DNA from: Candidatus Micrarchaeota archaeon
GTDB taxonomy: Archaea; Micrarchaeota; Micrarchaeia; Norongarragalinales; UBA8480
Direction of reading: 5' to 3'
DNA length: 31,428 nt
Assembly: GCA_040753335.1 (NCBI GenBank)
Contig: JBFMEM010000001.1
Coordinates: forward strand, 1-31,428
Shown one piece after another: positions 24,538-31,428 of this stretch. A program made the translations under genes and the position numbers. The first letter of the stretch is position 1. Each line of letters opens with the position of its first letter. Under the pieces are notes generated by a model that saw only the letters and a program-made list of their open reading frames with translations, searched no databases and was not told where the DNA came from.

Positions 24538-25125
24538 TCACGCCTCGAAGTCGCTCTGCTGCACCAAATACTCTTCGTCGACGGTTATCTTAGCCTGGTG
24601 CTTCTGCACTTCGCGCGCAAGCAGCCACATCAACAACGCAATGGCCTTGCGCCCCTTGTTGTTCGTGGGAACGCACACATCTATCTTGCGGAGGTTGTTA
24701 TTGGTGTCGCATAACGCGACGACGGGAACGTTTATCTCGAACGCCTCATTGACTGCCTGCTTGTCTACAGCCGGGTCGATTACGAACACCATTTTCGGCT
24801 CCACGAAGTCCGAGCGCGCTGGGTTGGTGAAGCGGCCGGGCGTAAACCTGCCAACGAGCGGCCTGCAGCCAGTAATTTCACAGAACTTTACAACCGCCTT
24901 CTTGGCGTTTTCCTTGGCGCCGACTACGTAAACGCCGTCGCACTCGATCGACGAGAGAAACTTGGCGGCTGCGCGGAGCCGCTCGTCCATCTTCTTGAGG
25001 TCAAGCACGTGCAAGCCGTCTTCCCTTGCCTTGAAAATGAATTGCCTCATGCTGCCGTTCTTCGTCTTAGTGCCAATGTGCACTCCTGCCTCGAGATACT
25101 TTTCCTGCGGAACCAAGAAATTCAC
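24538..25125 (-). CDS. rps2: 30S ribosomal protein S2 (uS2)
   Basis: YLEAGVHIGTK, GRFTPGRFTNP, PVVALCDTNN, VPTNNKGRKAIAL. Confidence 0.96.
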   Translation of the reverse strand: MNFLVPQEKYLEAGVHIGTKTKNGSMRQFIFKAREDGLHVLDLKKMDERLRAAAKFLSSIECDGVYVVGAKENAKKAVVKFCEITGCRPLVGRFTPGRFTNPARSDFVEPKMVFVIDPAVDKQAVNEAFEINVPVVALCDTNNNLRKIDVCVPTNNKGRKAIALLMWLLAREVQKHQAKITVDEEYLVQQSDFEA

Positions 25126-25330
25126 TGCCTAAACACCTTGTTTTCTGCGCCAGTCGAACCGAAAGACGCCGTTTAGTCTGCGCCGAAACAAATAGGGCGG
25201 CGCAGCCGACAATTATTTGGCAAAACCGCTTATTAAACGATGCTAACCCCCAAAGCATCATGCGAAAAAGCCGGAACAAAGGCATTTTATTCCTGCTCGC
25301 CGAAAAAGCAGTCGGAACCCGCGTGATCGA

Positions 25331-25906
25331 ATGGAAGAAGAAAAAACCGAGTTGGACGAAGAGCCAACCGAAGCAGCGCAGCCAGAAGCTACAAAAGAAG
25401 AAGTGCAAGAGCTTCAGACAAAGCTGGCCACGGCCAAGCACGATCCCCTCCGCGTCATCGAAGCCGCTTTATTTCTCTCGAACAAGCCACTTGCGCTGGC
25501 GGACCTGGCAATGACCGCCAACAACATCCGCGTAAACGAAGCCAAGCGCCTAGCGGAACAACTCAAGAAGGAGTACGACGAGCGCCAGAGCGCGGTTGAG
25601 ATTGCTTTCGCTGCAAACGGCGAAGTCACTCTGCACGTACGCCCTCAGTTTCTCGCGCCCGTCGCAAGGCTTTCTAAGCAAATTGAAATGACGCGCAAGG
25701 CCTCGCGCATGCTCGGGCTGATTGCAAAGAAGGGGCAGGTGCTGCAAAGCGAGTTGAAAAAATACTTTCGCGGCGAAATCTACGCCTACGTCCACGAACT
25801 AAAAGAACTGGATTACTTGACTGCAGAAAAGCACGGCAACACGCGCCTGCTCAAGCCAACCAAGAAGTTCCACGAAACGTTTCAGATAAGCGCAACGAGT
25901 GACTAA
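25331..25906 (+). CDS. scpB: SMC-Scp complex subunit ScpB
   Basis: RVIEAALFLSNKPL, LKKEYDERQSAVEI, second winged helix ending LLKPTKKFHETF. Confidence 0.85.
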   Translation: MEEEKTELDEEPTEAAQPEATKEEVQELQTKLATAKHDPLRVIEAALFLSNKPLALADLAMTANNIRVNEAKRLAEQLKKEYDERQSAVEIAFAANGEVTLHVRPQFLAPVARLSKQIEMTRKASRMLGLIAKKGQVLQSELKKYFRGEIYAYVHELKELDYLTAEKHGNTRLLKPTKKFHETFQISATSD

Positions 25907-25908
25907 AA

Positions 25909-26304
25909 ATGGCAAGATCATTAGAAGAAATATTATCTGTTTCCTCGGAAAACCGACGCGTGCTAACACCTGAAGAATTAGAGGTTTGGCAAGCATTTTT
26001 CGGCGCCCGGCTAGCCGCTGCTTTGCACTACGAACACGAGGAGGTAAGCAAAAGCAAAAACGTCGTCCACCTGAATCAGTTCTTAGTGAAATGCATAAAC
26101 GAAGGCCGACTCGATTACGGCGACACTATGAGAAGAATAAAAAACCCCCTTTATTTCAAGGAATGCGCGATTACCGAAGCCAGAAACACGGTCGCGGCAG
26201 CGAAAGCCTATGACAAGACGGTGAACGAAACTCGTTTACGCGAGTTAATTGCGGCAATTCACCCACGACTGGTTGAACATGCTGAAAAAATTTTAGAGCG
26301 CTAA
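25909..26304 (+). CDS. Hypothetical protein, 131 aa
   Basis: ATG 2 nt after the scpB stop; more AT-rich than flanks; no motif recognised. Confidence 0.55.
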   Translation: MARSLEEILSVSSENRRVLTPEELEVWQAFFGARLAAALHYEHEEVSKSKNVVHLNQFLVKCINEGRLDYGDTMRRIKNPLYFKECAITEARNTVAAAKAYDKTVNETRLRELIAAIHPRLVEHAEKILER

Positions 26305-26966
26305 TAAGACTTACTCACCACTCTTCTTATTTCCTTCGCCTTGTCTTCGCCGATGCCGGAAACTTCGGCCAGTTCGTCCTCGTGCGCCTCGAAAACCGCT
26401 TCAACGCTGCCGAAGTGCTCCAACAACTTTCGCGCAGTAGACGGACCGATTGCAGGAAGGCTTTCGACAACAAACTGCTGCTGGTCCCGGACTGAAAACG
26501 CTTTTTTCTCAAGCCGCAAGCGGTGTTCCTTGTGAGGCGAAAGCTGTTCGCGTTCAGCCAAGTGAAACAAAAAATCTCCTAGCGCAACCTCGTCTTCGAA
26601 GAAAAGCACTGGAATCCCGTAGTCCACGCACAATGAAATCAACGCGCCTTCCAACGCCTTTTCGTTCAAGCGGCAAAAACCGTTTCCCACTACGGTTATC
26701 AGCGGGCGTTCGAAGTTTTGCTTCAGTTCCTGCGCCTGGCTGAACAGCCTGCCGTCAACCACGCTTGACTCCAAATCTCCGCGCTCCTTGCGCTCCACTC
26801 CGACGCGCTGGGAAACAACGAAGTCAGCTACGTTCAAACGCTGGACCCTCAACTCGGCGCCCAATTCACGCAAGCGCGCGACGCACTCGTTGGAAGCCTC
26901 GCGGTCATCGACAAAAACAATCGGCTTTCCCTTCTGCGGCGAAAAAACAAGTTCCTGCATTTTCAC
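26301..26966 (-). CDS. xpf: Stand-alone XPF/ERCC4 nuclease with helix-hairpin-helix domain
   Basis: VFVDDRE, LNVADFVV, GVERKERGDL (ERKxxxD), LPAIGPSTARKLLEHFGSV, VSGIGEDKA. Confidence 0.9.
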   Translation of the reverse strand: MKMQELVFSPQKGKPIVFVDDREASNECVARLRELGAELRVQRLNVADFVVSQRVGVERKERGDLESSVVDGRLFSQAQELKQNFERPLITVVGNGFCRLNEKALEGALISLCVDYGIPVLFFEDEVALGDFLFHLAEREQLSPHKEHRLRLEKKAFSVRDQQQFVVESLPAIGPSTARKLLEHFGSVEAVFEAHEDELAEVSGIGEDKAKEIRRVVSKSY

Positions 26967-29320
26967 TTGGCTCCTTCCTTAAGTTTTTGCTTAGCGAATT
27001 CAATTATTTGACGCACGCGCTCGCGCGTCAGCCCAAGACGACCTCGTTTCCGCCGGGTTATTAACGACCCGAGTTTCAAGCCTATCTCTTCGAGAGTGCC
27101 GCCGCCAGGGTTTTTGTCAATAAATTCATTCACCGCTCGTTCAGGCGTTCCTTCCGCGTGTTCTCCAGGGTAAGGAATTCCGAAATACGCGCGTATGGCC
27201 GCGGTGTGCGGTGACTCCAAGGCCGCAAGCGCGTTCTCTCCCGCCTCCCGCACCAAAAGTTTTTCCTCCGGCGAAGCCTCGGCGGAAGGAACGAAGTCGC
27301 TTAACGTCTTACGGCCAATTGCTTTTTCAAGCGAGGCAGGACTTTCTTCCGCCGCAAGAATTGCCGCCAACCCTTTTGCGCTCAACCCCGTTTCGGCGCG
27401 CAGTTCTTCAAAGGTAGGTATTTTGCCTTGCTCCAAGTACCTTTCGCGCGCGGCGGCAACCGAACGCATTTTTTCCACGAGGTGGACGGGAAGCCTTACC
27501 TCCCTGGCCAGCCGATCCGCCAAAGCACGGGTAATCGCGTGCCTAATCCACCAAGTTGCGTACGCGCTGAAGTGAAAGCCGCGTTCCTGGTCCCATTTCT
27601 CAACGCCTTTCATCAAGCCGATGTTGCCCTCCTGAATCAAATCCAGCAATTCCACTTTCGGCCGAAGATACCGGCGCGCAATGGGCAGAACCAGCCTCAG
27701 GTTGTGTAAGATCATTTTTTCTTTCGCAGCCGCGTCTCCTTCGCGCGCTTTCCTCGCGAGTTCCTGCATCTGCTCGTGAGACAAAACGGGGTGGCGCCCG
27801 AGTTCTTCGAAGTACAGGTTTCTGGCATCTAGAGACGCGTCCTTCTCAAGGTCTTCGATTTTCCTTCCCTCTCTCGCCGCCTTGTCTTCAGCGGTTTGCA
27901 GCCGTCTTAAAACCGAGACGGCGTGCCCCCTGGCGTCAATGCCCGCAGCGTCTATGGCTTCCAAAACGCGCTTGAGGCGCCCGCATTTCCATCTCGCCAT
28001 TGCGTCGGCCTTAGCAGGCGAAACTCCTTTTGCGAGCAGTTCGCTTCGCCTGCGCAACGCCCTTTCCTTTAGCGGCGCAATCACTTGCGCAATGCGCTCC
28101 AACGACCAACCCAACGCCCACAAGTGGTCTTGGACGCGGAGCGGCGTGCCCTCGAATTCTTTGCTTAAGGCAAGAATGCGCGGCTCGGCCATTGCTGGCG
28201 AGAGCTTGGAAACCGAGTAAGGCAACCGAGTCGACAGGCCGTGTTTTGCTAGCAGTTCCCGCCACGCGTTTTCCTTGGCAACGGCAGCGTCATGGCGGCC
28301 GACGAGCGCATTTATGTTGCGGCGAAACGCTTCGCCGGAATACTGGTTGAAACGCCACCAGTGGCCATCCGCCTTCAGGCCGCGGACGCCGACTACGTCG
28401 TAGAAAATGCGTAAGTGCCGCAGTATTTCGTCCGGAGCGCGCTGGGCCGTCAGATACTCCGGCGGCTCGCCAATTTCTTTTTCGGCAACAAAGTCAGCCA
28501 GCGCCTTTTCAGCGGCTTCGCGGCGCTCTTTTTGCCTGCGAAGGCGTTCGACGTCGGCAGTAATGAATTCCTTCGACCTCATCAACTTGGGAAGTTGAAC
28601 TGGAAGGCCAGCGTTGACGAAAAGCATTGCCTTCTCCAAAGCAGTCCGCGACGACAAACGGCTTCTCTTCAACGTACGACGCACTTTCTTTTCCGGCAAG
28701 CCAAGCCCGACCAGTTTTTTGATTGCCCCCTCGTTACCGAGCTTCGCCTTATCCTTTTCAACAAGGCGGCGGACAACCTCATCGATCCTCGATTCCGCGC
28801 CTATTCTCGCAAAAAGAAGCTCGCTGGCCCCAAGCGGCCGACCGATTCTTTCTTCAAGCGCCCTTATTCTGTTCCACAAACGAACCGGCCGCGGCCAGTA
28901 GCCGAAAAGACGAGTCACCCCCCTTTTAGTCAAACCCATTCGCTCAAGCGTTGCGCGGACACCCTGTTCTGCTTCTTTTTTTTCAGCACGCTTTCTTGCC
29001 GCGGCTTCCCTCTGCGATGCGCGCGTCTTTCTCGCACCAACCAGCCGACGCGCTTCAGAAACCAACAAGTCATCGCGACGCGTAATCAGCCGCAAGTCAG
29101 TCAGTTGAACTGGCCGCTCAAGAGTCTCTTCAAGCAAACGAATCCGACGAAGCGAAGTCTCGGGATGGACTGTCTTGAACAAAATCCGCTCGTGATTAGG
29201 CGAAAGCTTGCCAAGCCCGCGCGATTCAAGGAACTCACGCAAGTCGCCCGCTGCTTTCTCGCGGGCATCCAAAAAAGCCTTCTTGCGTGCCTCAGACCAA
29301 GCAGGCGAAAACCTAGGCAT
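26963..29320 (-). CDS. Sigma70-family (RpoD/RpoS-like) protein with about 490-aa N-terminal helical repeat extension
   Basis: Region 1.2 DARNLYFEELGRHPVLS; region 2 NLRLVLPIARRY...LLDLIQEGNIGLMKGVEKWDQERGFHFSAYATWWIRHAITRAL; VRLPVH; region 3 PTFEEL; region 4 TLEEIG...LTRERVRQI. Start set at ATG 29320. Confidence 0.9.
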   Translation of the reverse strand: MPRFSPAWSEARKKAFLDAREKAAGDLREFLESRGLGKLSPNHERILFKTVHPETSLRRIRLLEETLERPVQLTDLRLITRRDDLLVSEARRLVGARKTRASQREAAARKRAEKKEAEQGVRATLERMGLTKRGVTRLFGYWPRPVRLWNRIRALEERIGRPLGASELLFARIGAESRIDEVVRRLVEKDKAKLGNEGAIKKLVGLGLPEKKVRRTLKRSRLSSRTALEKAMLFVNAGLPVQLPKLMRSKEFITADVERLRRQKERREAAEKALADFVAEKEIGEPPEYLTAQRAPDEILRHLRIFYDVVGVRGLKADGHWWRFNQYSGEAFRRNINALVGRHDAAVAKENAWRELLAKHGLSTRLPYSVSKLSPAMAEPRILALSKEFEGTPLRVQDHLWALGWSLERIAQVIAPLKERALRRRSELLAKGVSPAKADAMARWKCGRLKRVLEAIDAAGIDARGHAVSVLRRLQTAEDKAAREGRKIEDLEKDASLDARNLYFEELGRHPVLSHEQMQELARKAREGDAAAKEKMILHNLRLVLPIARRYLRPKVELLDLIQEGNIGLMKGVEKWDQERGFHFSAYATWWIRHAITRALADRLAREVRLPVHLVEKMRSVAAARERYLEQGKIPTFEELRAETGLSAKGLAAILAAEESPASLEKAIGRKTLSDFVPSAEASPEEKLLVREAGENALAALESPHTAAIRAYFGIPYPGEHAEGTPERAVNEFIDKNPGGGTLEEIGLKLGSLITRRKRGRLGLTRERVRQIIEFAKQKLKEGAK

Positions 29321-29343
29321 GAACAAAGAAAGGAAAGGCAGAG

Positions 29344-29350
29344 TTTAAAA
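29344..29350 (-). promoter_or_regulatory. TATA box of the large sigma70-like gene (leaderless spacing)
   Basis: Minus-strand TTTTAAA 23 nt upstream of ATG 29320, just after the stop of the smaller sigma gene. Confidence 0.6.
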
Positions 29351-29356
29351 CAACTT

Positions 29357-30337
29357 TTATGCAGCCTGCCTTCGCAGGTCGTGAAGCGCCCGGTCTAACT
29401 GTTGTTTTACCGCCTGGTGCGAGACCCTGCTCTTTTTCGCGCCGACGAGCGGCATGATTACTGAACCGATTTCCGTCAACGACACGGCCCCCGCCCACGA
29501 CGTGCGCTTTTTTGCCTCGGCCCTTCGTTTCGCCTCGGCTATCAAGCGGTTTACCTCGAAGTGCACCCTGTTTCTCACTTCTGGAAAGCGAATTCCGTAA
29601 TACGCGCGCAAAACCGCTTCCTGCGCCGGACTCTTTTCACCCAGTTTTTCCAGCAACGCGTGCGTGAAGCGCGCGCGGTCCCTGCTCAAAAGCACCTGCT
29701 CAGGCGAAGGCCGCTTCGAAACCGCCGCCCGCCGCTGCACCTTGCTCAGCGTTTCTTCCATTCCCGCCTCTTCCGCATACGCCACCGGCTGGCGCAAGGC
29801 GGCCAGCGCTCCCCGCAGCGTGTCCGCGGCGAAAGCGTGCGCGCCAGCATAACCCCTTCTCTCCCCGCGGACTGCCTTCAGCAGTTGCGTGAAAGACAAC
29901 TCACCTTTTCCGGCTGCCGCGCGTTTTTCACGCACCCTCTTAACTGCCGCCATTGCCTCGACAACGGTAGGCGTGATTCTGGCGCCCCTTCCCCCTAGTT
30001 CGCTTGTAATCGCCTCGATTATTTGCCCGCGAATGCGCGGCACCGCCCACGTGCTAAAGCGGCCTCTTTTAGGGTTGAAGGAATTCAGGGCGCGCACCAA
30101 GCCAACGTTGCCGGCTTGATGCAAGTCTTTTTTCGGAAAGCCCAGCTCCAAATACTGCCTGGCAACTGACTTGACGAGCCCCTGGTTGCGCTCGACGAAC
30201 TCCTTCCTCGCCTCGGCGTCGCCAAGGCGCGCCCTGCGGCCAAGCCGTCGCTCTTCTTCCAGCGTCAAAAGCTGGGGAGGGCGCGGACGCTCAACTGGAG
30301 CCGCGGGGAGTTCGCGCCGCGCGGGATAAACCGCCAT
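29357..30337 (-). CDS. Divergent sigma70-family protein (326 aa) with FliA/SigB-like region 2.3-2.4
   Basis: LLTLEEERRLGRRARLGDAEARKEFVERNQGLVKSVARQY, DLHQAGNVGLVRALNSFNPKRGRFSTWAVPRIRGQI, SPEQVLL, SLTEIG...VSHQAVKQ. Start set at ATG 30337. Confidence 0.85.
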   Translation of the reverse strand: MAVYPARRELPAAPVERPRPPQLLTLEEERRLGRRARLGDAEARKEFVERNQGLVKSVARQYLELGFPKKDLHQAGNVGLVRALNSFNPKRGRFSTWAVPRIRGQIIEAITSELGGRGARITPTVVEAMAAVKRVREKRAAAGKGELSFTQLLKAVRGERRGYAGAHAFAADTLRGALAALRQPVAYAEEAGMEETLSKVQRRAAVSKRPSPEQVLLSRDRARFTHALLEKLGEKSPAQEAVLRAYYGIRFPEVRNRVHFEVNRLIAEAKRRAEAKKRTSWAGAVSLTEIGSVIMPLVGAKKSRVSHQAVKQQLDRALHDLRRQAA

Positions 30338-30360
30338 GCGAAAATAAGAAAGCGGCAAGC

Positions 30361-30368
30361 TTAAAAAA
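30361..30368 (-). promoter_or_regulatory. TATA box of the small sigma70-like gene (leaderless spacing)
   Basis: Minus-strand TTTTTTAA 23 nt upstream of ATG 30337, the same spacing as for the large sigma gene. Confidence 0.55.
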
Positions 30369-30433
30369 CGCGGCTAGCCGCCCCCCGCGCCGCACGGAAA
30401 TATTTTTATACTATAGCAACTATATAAGTAGCC

Positions 30434-30652
30434 ATGTACACTACCATTCAGTTGAGCGACGGCCTCAGGAGTATGCTGCAGGCAAGGAAAATGAGCGCGA
30501 AGGAAAGCTATGAGGAAGTGATCAGGGACCTGCTTGAAGACTCCAGCGCGCTGTCTGACGAAACGAAGAAAGAACTGACGGAAGCCCGCGCCGAAGTAGC
30601 CGCGGGCCGCTTCAAAACCCTTTCTCAAGTGAAAAAACGACTTGAAATATAG
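30434..30652 (+). CDS. Putative antitoxin (ribbon-helix-helix-like N-terminus)
   Basis: TTIQLSDGLRSML...ESYEEVIRDLLE; overlaps the RelE-type toxin; AT-rich promoter with ACTATA repeated near 30409-30424. Confidence 0.8.
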   Translation: MYTTIQLSDGLRSMLQARKMSAKESYEEVIRDLLEDSSALSDETKKELTEARAEVAAGRFKTLSQVKKRLEI

Positions 30653-30914
30653 CGGCGCGGCATTTGAAGTAATTCTGTCCGAGAAAGCAGAGCGACAGCT
30701 CAAAAAACTGGACAAAAGCATTCAACGCCGCGCGATCGCGGTCCTCGAAAGAATTCGGCTCAGGCCTGAAGCACACCTACAAAAACTTGTTGACGACCCT
30801 GGCTTCAAACTCAGGATAGGCGACTACCGCGCCATAGTCGATGTCGACAAGCAGCAAAAACGCATCGCCGTACTAAAAATAGGACACCGCAAAAACATTT
30901 ACAAAAACCTCTGA
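30642..30914 (+). CDS. relE: RelE/ParE-family toxin
   Basis: FEVILSEKAERQLKKLD, KLRIGDYRAIV, VLKIGHRKNIY. Confidence 0.9.
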   Translation: MKYSGAAFEVILSEKAERQLKKLDKSIQRRAIAVLERIRLRPEAHLQKLVDDPGFKLRIGDYRAIVDVDKQQKRIAVLKIGHRKNIYKNL

Positions 30915-30917
30915 TAC

Positions 30918-31427
30918 TCAAAAATCGCCGAGCGAACGCTGGCGTGCCTCAAACGGAGCACTGCCCGCGATTTCGCCCTTGATTTTCTTCAACAATTTCT
31001 TCATCTTGGTTTCCTTGCGCTTTGAAACCCAGTGGTAAGCCTCGTCCTTAGTCCCCCTCGCGACGATCGCGGTTACTTTGCCTGCCTTAATCCTTCCGGC
31101 ACGCCCTCGGCGTTGAATCAACCGCACTTCCGAGGGAACTGCTTCGTAAAAAATCACCTCATCCACCGAGACGACGTCCAATCCTTCCTCTCCCACCGCA
31201 GTAGCCACCAACGTATTGAATTGCTTTGCGCGAAATTCGTCAAGCAATCCAATCTGCTGTTTCTGCGCCATCCCGTCTTCCCCCGCTTTTCCCACCAACA
31301 GCCTCGCGTTGACTCCCTGCAAGGCATTGAGCTCCGCAAGGATTTTTTTGGCGGAGTCGCGGAAGTGCACGAAAACAATCAATGCCTCTCCCTTCAACGC
31401 CGCTTCGCCGACGAGTTTCTTCAACGC
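30918..31427 (-). CDS. Hef/FANCM-like superfamily 2 helicase, C-terminal part (N-terminal part outside the window)
   Basis: ALIVFVHFRDSA, LVATAVGEEGLDV, VIFYEAVPSEVRLIQRRGRAGR, GTKDEAY; ends QRSLGDF (PIP-box-like) with no fused nuclease. Confidence 0.88.
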   Translation of the reverse strand, partial: ALKKLVGEAALKGEALIVFVHFRDSAKKILAELNALQGVNARLLVGKAGEDGMAQKQQIGLLDEFRAKQFNTLVATAVGEEGLDVVSVDEVIFYEAVPSEVRLIQRRGRAGRIKAGKVTAIVARGTKDEAYHWVSKRKETKMKKLLKKIKGEIAGSAPFEARQRSLGDF

Positions 31428-31428
31428 C

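Noticed and set aside
203-30337. Functional link between the omega-RNA-like element and the sigma genes (RNA-guided transcription as in dCas12f-sigmaE systems)
   Set aside because: They are about 27 kb apart, no TnpB/Cas12f-like ORF is in the window, and the sigma N-terminal extension shows no RuvC-like motif. There is no sequence support.
1-31428. tRNA genes, rRNA fragments, CRISPR arrays, integrase or transposase ORFs
   Set aside because: No T-arm/D-arm consensus, regularly spaced repeats or recombinase motifs were recognised by eye; tRNAscan-SE and a CRISPR finder would confirm.

Overview
Archaeal chromosomal window, most consistent with a DPANN lineage such as Micrarchaeota (inferred from gene content, not from a search). 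It carries eS1/uS15/eL24/eS28/L7Ae/uS2 ribosomal genes, archaeal-type ValRS and GluRS, a TrmB-family regulator, ScpB, separate Hef-like helicase and XPF nuclease genes, and TATA boxes about 21-23 nt upstream of many start codons. Accessory content includes class III signal-peptide (pilin-like) proteins with beta-helix domains, a secreted gingipain-like C25 protease, S-layer-like proteins, a RelE-type toxin-antitoxin pair and an AbiEii remnant. The most unusual element is a tandem pair of bacterial-type sigma70 homologues (26963-30337). Each has its own archaeal TATA promoter, both carry insertions at the same two places in region 4, and the larger one has about 490 aa of helical repeats and a stop codon overlapping the XPF start. 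Also notable are a TnpB-less IS200/IS605 right end (omega-RNA-like) at about 203-337 and a GluRS with no anticodon-binding domain. No tRNA, rRNA or CRISPR array was recognised. All calls are by-eye motif recognition; no searches were run.
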